Shown: positions 25,834 through 39,485 of the stretch, piece by piece
Layout of the letters: each line of letters begins with the position of its first letter
How positions within the stretch are numbered: position 1 is the first letter of the stretch
Origin: Camelus dromedarius
Lineage: Eukaryota
Reading direction: 5' to 3'
Assembly (NCBI RefSeq): GCF_036321535.1
Contig: NC_087437.1
Location: 46,564,001-46,628,000 of the forward strand
Length of the DNA stretch: 64,000 nucleotides
The notes under the pieces: generated by a model
Told to the model about the DNA's origin: nothing
Database searches by the model: none
The model's input: the letters and a program-made list of their open reading frames with translations, nothing else
Translations under genes and position numbers: made by a program

Positions 25834-27555
25834 GTCTGATTGCTGTGGCTAGGACTTCCAGCACTATGTTAAACAAAAGTAGAGAGTGAGCATCCTTGCC
25901 TTGTTCTTGATCTAAGAGGAAAAGCTTTCAGCTTTTCACTGTTGAGTATGATGTTAGCTGTGAGCTTACGATACATGGCTCTTATTATGTTGAAGTACGT
26001 TCCTCTATACTCATTCTATTGAAAGTTATTTTTATCATAAACTAATACTGAATTTTGTCAAAAGTATTTTCTGCATCTTTTGCAATGATCATATGATATT
26101 TTTCTTTTAACTTTTTAATGTGCTTTATCACACTGATTGATTTGCAGATATGAACCGTCTTTGCATCCCTGGGGTAAATTCCACTCGATCATGGTGTATG
26201 GTTTTTTTTAAAAAATGTATTGTTGAACTAAATTTGTTAGTCTTTTGTTGAGGATTTTTGTGCCTATGTTTGTCAATGATACTGACCTGTAATTTTCTTT
26301 TTTGGTGATATCTTTGTCTGGTTTTGATATCATGGTAATGCTGACCTCACAGAATGCGTGTGGAAGTATTCCTTCCTCTGCAATTTTTTGGAATAATTTG
26401 AGAAGGAGAGGTGTTAGCTCTTCTCTCAATGTTTGGTAAATTCACCTGTGAAGCCATCTGGTCCTGGACCTTTGTTTGTTGGGAGTTTATTTTTATTACT
26501 GATTCAATTATATTACTGGTAATTGGTCTACTCATATTTTCTATTTCTTCCTCGATCAGTCTTGGGAGAGTGAACATTTCTAGGAATTTGTTTATTTCTT
26601 CTAGGTGTACATTTTATTTGTATATAGTTGTTCATAGTAATCCCCTATGATCCTTTGTATTTCTGTGGTGTCAATTGTAAATTTTCCTTTTTCCTTTCTG
26701 ATTTTATTGATTTGGACCCCTCTCTGTTTTCTTGATGAATTTGGCTAAAAGATCATCAATTTTGTTTATCTTTTCAAAGAACTAGCTATTAGTTTTAATG
26801 ATCTTTTCTATTTTTTAGTCTCCTTTTCATTTATTTCTGCTGTGATCTTTATTATTTCTTTGCTTCTACTAACTTTGAGTTATTTGTTCTTCTTTTTCTA
26901 GTTTCTCTAGGTATAAGGATAGGTTCTTTATTTGAATTTTTTTTTTTGATTCCTGAGGTAGATTTGTAACACCATAGACTTCCCTCAAAACAACTTTTGC
27001 TACATCCCGTAGATTTTGGATCATTGTGTTTTTGTGTTTATTTGTCTCAGGATATTTTTTGGTTTCTTTTTTGATTTCTTCAGTGACCCATTGGTTTTTT
27101 AGTAGCATATTGTTTATCTTCCATGTGCTTCTGTGTTTTGCATTTTTTTTCTTATAGTTGATTTCTAATCTCATGGCATTGTGGTCAGAAAATATGCTTG
27201 ATGTGATTTCAATTTTCTTAAATTTATGAGACTTGTTTTGTGGTCTAGCATGTGATTTATCCTAGAGAATGTTCTATGTGCACTTGAAAAGAATGTATTC
27301 TGCTGCTTTTGGATAGAATGTTCTATATAGACTTATTAAATCCATTTGGTATAATGTCATTTAAGGCTAGTGTTTCTTTATTAATTTTCTGTTTGGTTAA
27401 TATGTTCGTTGTGTAAGTGGGGTGTTAAAGTCCCCTACTATTATTGTGTTACTGTCAATTTCTCCCTTTATATCTTTTAATATTTGCTTTATGTATTTCG
27501 GTGCTCCTATTCGGATGCATATATATTTACAATTGTTATATCTTCTTCCACATAT

Positions 27556-28011
27556 ATAGATATGTGGAATCCAAACAACAAAACAAATGAATAAACATAA
27601 CAAAACCGAAACAGAGTTGTAGATGCAGAAAACAAACAGGTGGTTACTGGAGGAGAGGAGGGTAGTAGGGAAGAAAGAAATAGAAAAGAAATAGGAGGGA
27701 GATTGAGGTACAAACTTCCAGTTGCAAAATAAATGAGTCACAAGTATGAATTGTACAGTGTGGGGAATATAGTCAATATCTATGGTACTATATTGTAACT
27801 AGATTTACCATGATGATCATTTTGAATTGTATAGAAATCTCAAATCACTATGTTATGTAACAGGAACGAACATAGTGTTGTAGGTCAATTATACTTAAAA
27901 AACAAACAAACAAATGTATACAAAAAGGGATCAGATTTCTGGTTACCAGAAGTATGCAGGGGAGGGTGGGATTAGATGAAGGCAATCAAAAGATACAAAC
28001 CAGATAAAAAA
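27556..28011 (+). mobile_element. L1 3' UTR piece (laurasiatherian L1MA-type)
   Basis: ATATGTGGAATC...GGTACAAACTTCCAGTTGCAAAATAAATGAGTCAC...GTAGGTCAATTATACTT, then a second 3' UTR unit that is truncated. Confidence 0.85.
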
Positions 28012-28514
28012 AGTTTTAATTGAAGTTCTTTTGCAAAGATAACACTATTTACTGTGGGAAAAAAGCAAGGAATAATTTTATTCTCACTTTGAAACACACA
28101 TTTAAGTAGCACTGATACAATAGAAGTGATGTGGAATTCAGAGATCTGGGATCCAGTTCTGGCTTTAATCCTAAGTGATAGTAATGAGATCACTTTAGCC
28201 CTGTTTCTTAGTTTCCTTCTCTAACAAGGTGGCTCTGAACTAAATGATATTTTAGGATATCTAGCAGTTCTAAGACCCTCTAAGGCACTCTATTATATAT
28301 CAAAGTCTTTTTTACATACATAAAAATTATTCTGAAACTACAGTCTCATAGTGTGAAGGCATTAATATGGGTCTAGCATCAAATAGACTGGTATGGAGCA
28401 ACATTACCATCTTGAACTCTCATGTGGTATGAATGATTATATGCTAAAATGAGCTTCAAATACCATCAGTGAAGCTGATTTGAGAAGGTGCATTCTCTCA
28501 TCTGTTGTTGAAAA

Positions 28515-28839
28515 CAAAACCATCCAATATAAATATAGTGTGAGCCATGATTATAATTTATATTTTCTAGTAATCACATTAAAAAGTAAAAATTAAGTGA
28601 TACTAATTTTGCTATTTATTTTTTTTAACCCAAAACATTGTATACCCCAAACATTATTTCTTCAAAAGAGAATCAATACAAAAAATTTTAATGAGGTATG
28701 TTGCATTTATAAAGGGAAAAAATGAGTCTTAAAAGTCTGGTGCATATTGCATATGCACAGCATACCTAAATTTGGGTTAGACTCATTTTAAGTGTCAGTA
28801 GCTACAGGTGGCTAGTGGCTACCATATTGGAAAGTGTAA
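28515..28839. mobile_element. MER33-like hAT-Charlie element
   Basis: TTTTCTAGTAATCACATTAAAAAGTAAAA...GTGGCTAGTGGCTACCATATTGGAAAGTG. Confidence 0.75.
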
Positions 28840-31319
28840 ATCAAGATAAATTATTTTATTCTAATTATAATGTTAACAATCATGTACTAAAAGATATGGG
28901 GAAAAAAACTCCTCCATATCTTTATATTCAACTGAATTTTAATTAATCTTTTGTGATGATTGTGTTTCTCCAGGTTTTGACAGTGTGGCCAGTTTCACAC
29001 AGCACAAACTGCAGGGTTGTCAATCATCTTTTAGAGAATGTAGGTTGTGCGATGAATCCCAATTATCCAGGCTCCATGACAGGGGCTGTGATGGCTTTGC
29101 CTGGAATTTCAAAAAAGGACTCAACTTGAAAGTGACATATTTCATTGTGTTCACTGCAAATCTGATGCCTTATCAGAAAACCTATTTTTCTACTGCCTCT
29201 AAAATATTGACCACTGCAAACAGATTTATAAGTTTCATATATACTGCACAGTTCTTTCTACAAGCCCCAAAGCAGACAAAGTTAGTTCAGATTTGTGCTT
29301 TGTTTAAAATATTTTGCACAATATTAGACTGAGAGCTGGAATATAGATGCTACATAATAATTAGCTTTTTGAGCAAAAGCATTTAAAAACAGTTTCTTCC
29401 CTTTTTGCTCCATATTTCTTTTTTAAAATAGAAATATAAGACATTTTGGGAAGTTCTCAGTATAGAAGGGCTAGAACTTGGTTTGAATCAGGTTTAAAAT
29501 GTGCTGAAGATTCTACCATGAGATTTATGTCTATTAAGCAGATACTGTCTCTGTGAAATATATTTAAACTTAAGAGAGACCTTTAAAATGAATTAGTCTT
29601 CACTTCATAGATGTGTGAAAAGCTTAACAATGAATGGCAAATGTAATGTATCCAGTGAGTGAAAGACATCAGAATTCTAACTCTTCACTCCTGATCCAGT
29701 GCTAATTTTAAGACCTCAAATTCTTTAAGTACTTGACCTTCACAAGAGTTATGGAGTTTCAAGATACTTAAACATAAAAGAACACTTAGATTTGTTAAGA
29801 ACGTTTAGATTTCTTCCAGTCGGGCGCTTCCTAACTATAGTGCTCTGACCAAAACTGAGCTGGAGTCATCTACGGTGCTGATTATGGATTTCTGGCTCCT
29901 CTCCTCACCTTCAAATCAGGATCTTGAGATTGTACTTTTTATCAAAGCCCTCCAGTGGTCTTCTGTACAGTCAGGCTGAAGTACCCCCATCATGTGTTCT
30001 ACAACTGAGAAAATAGAAAATGAAAGAATTTTGAGTATTTGCCTCATAGCCTAAGACTACAGATGTCAAACCTAGGATTAAAACCCACTTGAGCTTTCCC
30101 CTAAATGACTCTGTCTCCTCTAATAATATTCTATACTATATACTGAACTCATTAAGGAGAGGGGAAAAGGACATATTTTGGGCACATTTTTAACAATGAA
30201 GGTTTTAAAAAATGGATTCACTTGTATTAAAATTAGCCAAACACATTTCCTTTAACCCAGTTATTTTATTTAACCAAGCTATCAATTTTTGTAATAACAT
30301 TCCTCAGAGACTCTTGCAGGCAAGTTCTCCTAAGTCCGTCTCTCGTTTTTAAGGTACATGAAGTTTCAGATAATGTAAGAAGATGCCCATATATTTTTCT
30401 GTGGCAGCTGGAATCATTTAGGCAGGTTTATGTAAATTTTATGCAAATTTAACACATTTTATGCCCCCAAACTTATGGTGATCATAACTATTTTATTCAC
30501 CAAAAGTTGGCCTTCAGCAAGATCCTACTGAGGACAGATGATCTATGCAGCCTCCTTCTGCCTGGATTTTTGTGACATTTATCATCATTCTACTTGGATA
30601 CTCAAAGACTTGCAGTATGTGAATATAGGGCTGAAATAAGACTCTGATTTTCCTCCAACCCAGGCTAAACTACTACCACAAACACTTGGAGGCTCATTCC
30701 TTAGATTTCTTTGCTAGGTCCCCAGCACAACTCATCTTTATTCATTTATGCCACAAAGTAACAGTTGTTTAGATTATAATTTTACTGAGTAAAAAGACAC
30801 ACCCTAATATGTGTGAAGGTCTTGCTAAATTTTATTAGATTTAAGAGTGACTGTTTGCCAACAGCTAAATTTAGAAGGAATAAGTTCCTGACAATGAGGC
30901 TCTAGAGAAAATTTTAAGGGCTGATGATTTCATTAATTTTCAAAGTTTTATAGCCAGCTGGCAAAGGTTTTTCTATACCATTGTGGCTTACTGCCTTTGA
31001 AATTACTTTCTTTTCTTAAATTAACCTGTCTGAGTTAAAATGACACAATATCAGTAACAGTGAAATAAAATTGGCCTCTTTGTATAGTTTTAAACTATCT
31101 TAGCTAACTTAAATAACAGTACCCTGAGCTTATTACTACTGCAGTGTACTCTATAAAAAGAGATTGGTATTAGGAGCATTTATAGATCCCCATATTAGTT
31201 TTATTGACAGATAAATAACACTTAAAAATTGAATCATATATATATAAAATAGAAAGAGACTTCTAGCCTTAAGAAGGATTTACTTATTTAAATTATCAGT
31301 TCCTAGTTGTCCCACTTAT

Positions 31320-31500
31320 GGTGATGAAAAGATCAACAAGCTTGGAGCTAGAGGATCTAGGTTCAGGTGATGGTCTATCACTTTACCCATGTAAGTTTAG
31401 GCAAGGAACAGAATTTCTCTGAGCCTCTGTTTCTTCTCCAAAATGTGGATACTAGTACTAATGTTGCCTTCTTCATGTGGTGTTATAAAAATAAAATGTA
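31320..31500 (+). mobile_element. MIR SINE relic
   Basis: GGATCTAGGTTCAGG...TTAGGCAAGG...TTTCTCTGAGCCTCTGTTTCTTCTCCAAAATGTGGATA. Confidence 0.65.
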
Positions 31501-31770
31501 AGTAGCAAGAGGAGAAACTTTATTCCCCAGAATTCTAAGGATTTGGTCTCATGGAGAGGAAAGGAGTCAGAGAGGTGGTTAGATTGCAGAATATATACAT
31601 CCTACAGTGGGTGCAGGAGCAGATTAGGACAATCATATCTGAGCAGCAGGAGGGAAGGAGAGCACAGGATGCCAGGAAAGGGAGAACACGGGGAAAGGGA
31701 GTGTCCCAGGTGCCATGAGCATAAGCACTCCTGGAAAACAAAGGTTTAGAGAGAAGTTTTTATGAATAAA

Positions 31771-31824
31771 ATGGATGGATGGATGGATGGATGGATGGAT
31801 TGGTGGATGGATGGGCAGATGGAT
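31771..31824. repeat. (ATGG)n microsatellite
   Basis: ATGG tandem array decaying at its right end. Confidence 0.9.
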
Positions 31825-33512
31825 AAGGTAAGCCCCTGTGCCACCTTTTTAAGAAAGCTGTCACGATCAGTTTGGGGTGGCTGCTCTAGGGGCAAAGGAA
31901 GCCTCAGGGTGGCCCAGAATTCTTTAGGTTAACATGTAAATTTTTTGGTCAGTTTTAAACTTTGCACAAATCCCAGGTATTTGTTTCTTAAATCTGCCCG
32001 ATGGTGGTTGAGTTGGCTACTTCAGGAGGGAGCCCCATTCTACTACTAGAAGGCTTGGCCTTCTTCAAGTTGTTTTGAAATCTTGATCCTGGTGGCTGCT
32101 ACCCTGGTTCCTGATTCTGTCTTCTGGGTCACAGAGGATTTTTTCTCTCTTAGAGACATGGCTGCACTTGGCTAAGCAACATGCTTAATGCCTAGATAAG
32201 GTGGAGAGCTATAGTCTGTGCGTCACCTCATTACCATTAGCATTTAAAGCCACCGTAAAACATTACAGGTCATATTAAATGTGGAATATTGAGAGTTAAT
32301 TGCTACTTTATCTTTCTGATGCTTTCCAACTTACAAACAGGCAAGTCATGCATTAGTCAGGTTAGAGCTAAGAGCACAACTCAGAATTTACAGGGAATCA
32401 AGGTCTCACGAAAGGAACAAACAGGCCCACAAGAAGCCTATTTTATGTATACTGTTAGTGAAGTAGAGCACTAAATTATTTTGTAGTATGGTGGCTTTCT
32501 ATAGTACTAAGTTTTCATAGAAAATGAAATCATCATCAAAAACCTGTCTTCTACTTTTCCAGTAGTATGAATGATCAATCTTTTATCCCAGACATTCATC
32601 TTTATTTCTTTAAAATTCATCTATGTCTCTATTTATTTATTTATACATCATTCATTCATCAAATACTAGATAGTTGACTAGGTAGGTGATAGTGCTAGAA
32701 ATATGGGGTAGAATGAAACATGATTTTTAGCCTGAAACAGGCTGTTCATCAGATGTCTAAAGTAAGAGGCCATGTTGAGGTATCAGGAATGACAGTGAGA
32801 AAAAGAGTGTGAGACAAGTAGTAAGTAACTGATGGGTGAAAGAAGGAAAGTGGAATTTGAAGTAGAGATACCAGGGTGATATGAAAGTGTCAGTATGGTG
32901 GTGTGACCCATCAAAGTTATAAACCTGTAGCTTTGAAAGAACTATATTGCTTTAAATTCTTTATCTACCATAAGAGAAAACTGAGGTCCTGGAGGGACAC
33001 AGGTCAAGGCATGGTCCCCTGGGGACTAGGTCTCTTCAATCACTTCCCGATGTTTTGGTGTAATTCCAGATGACCCCATCTTGTTAGCAGAAGGCATCAG
33101 GCAGCTAGTGACTGTCCATTCCCTGCAGGATTTTATTGTACTTTGATGCCATCTATAGTAGCATACCCTTAATTTTCTATTATAAACATAATCTTATAGA
33201 ACCTCTCTAATGATTTATCCTTTCAACTGCTTTTTAGTTGTCTAGTCCTCTCCATATGAAGGCTTTTTTTCAATGCCTACTCTAATAACACTTTCTGGAA
33301 GGCAGCTTTAATTTTCCAGACCAGTTGTTCACTAATCAGTATCCCAAGAGTTTAAGTGCTCTAAATGACACTTTGCTAATTTTTAAAAACTAAGATAGAT
33401 TGTAGAATTTTCTAATTTAGGTTCCAAGAAAAATCTAGCAAAAATGCTGGTAAAAATGATCTGTCATTCTCTGCCTAATTTCAGTCAGAGACATTTAACC
33501 AAGTTTATTTTT

Positions 33513-36500
33513 ATTTATGTATTTTTAATTTATTTATTATTGAAGTGTAGTTGATTTACAACATTATATTAGTTTCAAGTGTATAGCATAGTGATTCAAT
33601 ATTTTCATAGATTATATTCCATTTAAAGTTATTACTAGACAATGTCTAAATTTCTCTGTACTGTACAATATATCCTTGTTACTCATCTATTTTATACATA
33701 GCACTTTGTATCTTTTAATCCTGTAACCCTATCTTGCCTCTTCCCCTTCTTCTCTTCCCACTTGTAACTACTAGTTTGTTTTCTAAACTCATGAGTCTGT
33801 TTCTGTTTTGTTAAATTAGTTCATTTTATTTTTTTAGATTTCACTTATAAGTGATAGTATACAGTATTTGTCTTTCTCTAACTTATTTCAGTAAGCATAT
33901 TATTTTCTAGATCCATCCATATTGTTGCAAGTGGCAGAATCTGATTCTTTGTTATGGCTGAGTAATATTCCATTGTGCATATATACTACATCTTCTTTAT
34001 CCGTTCATCTGTTAATGGGCACTTGGGTTGATTCCATATATTGGCAATTGTAAATAAGTCTGCTATAAACATTGAGGTGAATGTATCTTTTCAAATTAGT
34101 GTTGTTTTTTTCAGGTATATACCCAGCAGTGGAATTGCTGGATCATATGGTAGTTCTCTTTTTAGTTTTTTGAGCAACCTCCATACTGTTTTCTAGGTGG
34201 CTGCACCAATTTACATTCCCACCAATAGTGTGCAAGTGTTTCCTTTTCTCCACATTCTCACCAGCATTGATTATTGTTGACTTTTTGGTGATAGCCATTC
34301 TGATAGGTGTGAAGTAATATCTCACTGTGGTTTTGATTTGCATTTCTCTAACAATTAGTGATGTTTAGCATCTTTCACGTGCCTGTTAGCCATCTGTATG
34401 TCTTCTTTGGATAAATGTCTATTCAGGTCTTCTGCCCATTTTTCAATTTTTTAAAAAAAAATACATATTGAGTTGTAAGAGCTGTTTTTGTTTTTTGGAT
34501 ATTAACCCTTTGTTGGTCATATTATTTGGAAATATTTTTCTCCAATTCTAAAGGTGGTTTGTTTTGTTGACGGTTTCCTTTGAAAAAGCTTTAAATTTAA
34601 CTAGGTCCTATTTCTTTAGTTTTGCTTTTATTTCTTTTGCTTTGGAGACAGATCCAAAAAAATATTGCTACAATTTATGTCAAAGAGTGTTCTACCTATG
34701 TTCTCTTCTAGGAGTGTTATGATTTCAGGTCTTGCAAGATGGTGTTTAATCCATTCTGAGTTTATTTTTGTATATAGTGTGAGGAAATGTTCTAATCTCA
34801 TTCTTGTACATGTAGCTGTACAGTTTTCCTGGCACCACTTGTTGAAGAGACTGTCTTCGTCCATTGCATATTCTTGCCTCTTTTGTTGTAGACTAGTTGA
34901 CCATAAGTGTGTGGGTTTATTTCTGGATTTCTATTCTGTTCCATTGATCTATATGCCTGTTTTTTTTTTTGCCAATACCATGCTGTTTTGATTGCTGTAG
35001 CTTTATAGTATAGTCTTAAGTCAGGGAGCATGATAATTCCAGCTTTGTTCTTTTTTCCTTAAGATTGCTTTGGTTATTTGGGGTCTTTTGTGGTTTCTCA
35101 TAAATTTTAGGATTATTTATTCTAGGTCTGTGAAAAATGTCATGGGTATTTTGATAGGAGAGATTGCATTAAATTGGTAGATTGCTTTGGGTAGCATGTC
35201 CATTTTAATATTATTAATTATTCCAGTCCAGGAGCATGGAAAATCTTTCCATTTCTTTGTAGCATCTTCTTTCTTCATGTTTAGGAAGTTTCAGCCATAA
35301 TTTCATCAAATACATTTTTGACCCTCTTCTCTCTCTCTTCTCCTTCTGGCATGCCTGTAATGTGAATGTTAGTATGCTTGGTGTTATTCCAGAGATCTCT
35401 TAATTTGTTCTCTTTTTTAAAAAATCTGTTTTTCTTTTTGCTATTCTGATTGATTGATTGATTTCCATTATTTTCTCTTTCAGATCACTTATGCATTCTT
35501 CAGTATATTTTAGTTTGCTGTGAATTCCTACCAGGGTGTTTTTCATTTCAGTTATTGTATTCTTCAGTTCTTATTGGTTCTTTCTTATATTTTCCAATTT
35601 CTTGTTAAAGTTCTCACTGTGTTCATCTATTCTTTATCCAAGTTCAGTTAGCCAAGTTCAGTTAGCATTATTACTAATGCTTTAAATTCTTTATCTGGTA
35701 AATTGTCTATTTCTGTTTCATCATTTTATTTTTCCCCAGGGGTTGTCTGTTGCCCTTTCAGTTACTCTGTCTTCTTATTTTGCTAAACTTTCCCTGTCTC
35801 TATGAATTTAAGTGAAACAGTTACCTATTGCAGTCTCGAAGGGGTGTCCTTATGTTGCAGTGTCCCTATTCAGTCTGTGTGTGCCTAGTGCCTTTGGTGG
35901 GAGAGTTAGATTTAATGTGAACACAATTCATGTTTTTCCCTCAGGGTGTGCTAACAGCTATCACCTTGGTAGGAAGTGAGGCTGGAGATGAAGGGCTAAG
36001 GCCAGAGCTAGGTATGAGGTGGGGCTTCCCCTCTGCTCAGTGACCATCACTGTCCTGTGTCTGTTGGGGTCTGATCCCAAGGTGCTGGAGCTGAAACCTT
36101 GGGTTCAAGTTGGCTCTGTTCCCTTTAAGTGTGATCTTTCTCCTCTCCCAACACTGGCACCCTTCCCCAGGAGGAAAGCAGTGCTGGAGTAAGAAGGGCC
36201 TATGCATGCTCTAAGTTTGTGACGGGGTGTGAGTAGTGGTGGTCTGGCACAGACAGAGGTCCCGGCTGCTTCTGATGCACTGCCTTTGCCAGCACCGGTA
36301 GTTGCTGCCCTTGACCTGATCAGAGGTTGCTTTGGGTCTGAGCCTCCTTTGTCCCTCATGCTCGATCATTCCCCTCAGCTTCTGCTACCCTTGCCCTGTT
36401 GTGGATCCATGCTGTAGGACAACTGGGTCCCGTATGAGTTTTCTGCACATGTCAGGGCTTGGGATGTGCAGTATAGCTGCTGTCAGAAATCGGGACTGCT

Positions 36501-37153
36501 TCTGAAGCACTGCCTATGTAAGCAGCAGGAATGGCTGCCCCACCCTGCTTGGATACCGTTTCTTGTCTGAATCGCCCCTGCTTCCCATCGCTGAGCTCTT
36601 TCTTTGGTCGTGGCAGTCCTCGTTCTCGTGTGGAGCTGCAACGTGAAGTAAGTGAGGCTGGAGCTTTCACCTGGCTCTGTGGCTGCAGGAAACCAGTAGC
36701 CACGTGAGCTTCCTCAGTCTTCCCTCTACACCCTGCTTCAGGAATAAGCACGTGTTGGCACGCTCTTCACGAGCAGAGTCCAGGCTTCCCACAGCCCTCC
36801 TGTTAGTGCCACTGGTCCTCCAACCAGCCAAGGTCCCTTGTCTTCCCTGTCTTGGACCCCACGACTAGGTCACCCAGTCATGTGTTTGGAACCACTCACT
36901 TCATAGGGTGGATCTCCACTTGTGAAATTTCCCTTTTCCTCTGAGTCCCCTCCCAGGGGCATAGATCCCAAACTGATTGGGATTTTCTTCCCTTCCTACC
37001 CAAATCATGTGGATTTTATTTACAGCCTTAATTGTACAGGAATCTTACTGCCAGTTTCCTATTAGTTTTCAGTGAGAATTTTTCCACATGTAGATGTATT
37101 CATAGTGGGAGGTGAGTTCCACATCCTCCTACTCCACCATCTTGACCCATTGA
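33513..37153 (-). mobile_element. L1 with 5' UTR, 5' part of ORF1, internal deletion, 3' part of ORF2 and 3' UTR
   Basis: Minus-strand start CAAGATGGTGGAGTAGGAGG; ORF2 peptides [19 protein letters not shown] and MQIKTTVRYYFTPIRMA; ORF1-to-ORF2 jump at about 35270; TSD TAACCAAGTTTATTTTT (33496-33512) vs TAATCAAGGTTATTTTT (37154-37170), 15/17. Confidence 0.92.
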
Positions 37154-38464
37154 TAATCAAGGTTATTTTTTTATCAGATACTTAATAGTTTCCTAGCAAA
37201 GAGTAATATGATCTAAATTATCCATGCAACCAAGAATTTAAATGAAGAGGTTAAAAATTACCTTTTAACCATCCCTGTAATATCCATTTGAGCATCAAAT
37301 TGCACAAATCTTATTTACAAAGTCTTCACTTTTTTTCCTCTCTTTAAAGAAAATATTGGCCTCAGAGTACCTAGTATATTACTAGGCCAAAAGGAATTCT
37401 AGTCTTTTGACTCTTGGCCTAATTTCTTCTTATATTGCCAGTGTAAAAATAGGGGTCCCATGCACACATTGAAGCAGAACATAATAAAGATGAAGAAAGG
37501 AAAAATAAGAGGGAAACAAGGAAAGAAAAATTTTAAAAGAATGCAGTAATCTCTCCTTTGATGAGCTCTGGATATAAATAAGGGTGTAGTTAAAAAATGA
37601 GTCATTATTCCGTTGCCTACTTCTTTTGTGGGAAAGACAGTGATGCTATGAAATAGTAGCTGTTAAAGAGCCATTTATGTAACTATTACCCTTGGAACAA
37701 TGGACAGGCAACAGTGTGTTGTTCTGGAAAATGTTCAAAGAGGAGGAGTCATTTTGTCCTTTTAAAAATGTAGTATCTTTTTTTTTTCTGCATCATTTGG
37801 AGGTGGCTCCTTTTTTCCTTTTCTTAAGCAAAATAAGTTTTGCACTAGTAGGTAGTGAGTGAATTCTTCTTGCCAGCAGGAAGAAAAGCAATTTTTTGAG
37901 TGCCAAAAATAACTCCTTTGTGTGAAAATATCACATAGCCAAAGACATTTCACAGAAGAAAGGAAAGATTCATGTTCTGAATTAATATTTTTAAAATATA
38001 CAGTCAGTGAAATATTAGCAATAGAACAAGACGTCATTGACATAAGTGACTGAGAAGAAACAAATAATCTTATCTACAGTCAAGACAGCCCCAAAGTCAG
38101 AATGTTTATCCTGCTTGCAACGCTCCTGACTTTTTGTGTGGCCTCAGAATGATAATTCATCACCCAACGCCACGTCTATAGGAGAGAGGTGTTTCTAATC
38201 ATCTATTTAGTAAGACATTTTGTCCCTTCTTTTCATTCCACTACTATTTCTATGCAACATTGCCAAGTAGGGAAAGCATGAACGACTCTGGATATAGAAG
38301 ATAGCCCTAGTGCTGGGGACAGAAGTAGAAAAATCTTATGCTTGGCTTTGTCTTTAAATCTTTAAATCACACTGATACCTTTGGGATCTGTACTTTCTGT
38401 GGAGTGTCTTTACCAGTTATTTACATATAGTAGACTATCAGCCAGTTACAAAGAGTTTTGATAG

Positions 38465-38910
38465 TGATGGTGGTTATCTATTTCTTTTATCTCCCCAGCA
38501 GCCCTTCCTGCTTCGTTTGGTAATAACACATGCTTTTCCTTGGAAGAACTAACCACCTTTGTTCCACGTGATCTTGGTGGCAGTCAGTCTAGCTGTCCTG
38601 CCTTTCATTCCACTAGTCAATGGACATGTGACCCAAGCTTGAACAGTGAGATAATCTCCCATGAATTTGAGTCTTGAGTGGAATGGCACAAAAATGGAAC
38701 ATGGTCACAGATTCATTTGTTCAGTGGTATTCTGAAGAGAGTCCTCACTGAGCCATTAATCCTCTTACCTAGACCTTGTGAGTTGTCCTGATTTCTTCTT
38801 CTCAAAGCCTGGCTAATCAGTTTCTTTGATTCCATCAGCTACCTTACACTATTGCAAAGAATCTGATTTTTAAATTGGCCAGGATGTTTGCAAGCAAAAA
38901 TCTGAAGTGC
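38465..38910 (+). mobile_element. Old ERVL/MaLR-class solo LTR relic
   Basis: GGACATGTGACCCAAGCTTG...TCCCATGAATTTGAGTCTTGAG...TTCCATCAGCTACC...TGCAAGCAAAAATC; family uncertain. Confidence 0.5.
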
Positions 38911-39109
38911 AAGAAACAGAAATATTTCCTCCGTATGACTCATCGGTTAGAAAGATACCTGGGTGAAAAGCTAGTGAAGAGATAGTGCTCCTACACTGGC
39001 TCATTTCTCCACAGCACATTTGGCTCAGCTTTATTCATTCATTTATTCAGTTATATGCTCTTTGATCCCTTCATTTGTTGACTATATACCATTTTCTAGG
39101 TACTAAGGA

Positions 39110-39432
39110 AATTACTTTCGAATATCTGCATGGTTAATGCATGCAATTTCCTTATCTCCCTTATGTCTTTGCATAAATTTGCCTTCTTATTGAGGCCTAT
39201 GGCATCCTTCCTTAGTCTAAAGTCCCAATCCCCTTATCCTCATTTTTTTATTGCACTTTTCACCTTCTCAGGTACTATATGATTTACTTATTCATTATAT
39301 ATTTTGGTTATTGTCAGTCTTCCTGAAACAGGGAATCAACTCCAAGAAGACAGGAATTTTTATCTACTTTGTTCATTTTGTATTCCCAGCACCCAGAATA
39401 GTTTCTGGCATTTGTTGAGTAGATAAGATGAA
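39110..39432 (+). mobile_element. L2a 3' end relic
   Basis: CTCCAAGAAGACAGGAATTTTTATCTACTTTGTTCATTTTGTATTCCCAGCACCCAGAATAGTTTCTGGCATTTGTTGAG. Confidence 0.75.
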
Positions 39433-39485
39433 TTAAAGTTTTTTTTTTTTTTTAAGTACATATATACATCACTAAAGGAGCTTAT

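Larger units (their letters stand above)
25232..27551 (-). mobile_element. L1 ORF2 fragment (endonuclease to RT), decayed, inverted relative to the adjoining 3' piece
   Basis: Minus-strand peptides IGAPKYIKQILKDIKGEIDSNTIIVGDFNTPLT, MRLEINYKKK...NNMLLKNQWVTEEIKKE and [22 protein letters not shown] are L1 ORF2p; many frameshifts. Confidence 0.95.

Noticed and set aside
35638..35665. 14-bp tandem duplication CCAAGTTCAGTTAG in L1 ORF1
   Set aside because: Ordinary slippage mutation in a dead element.
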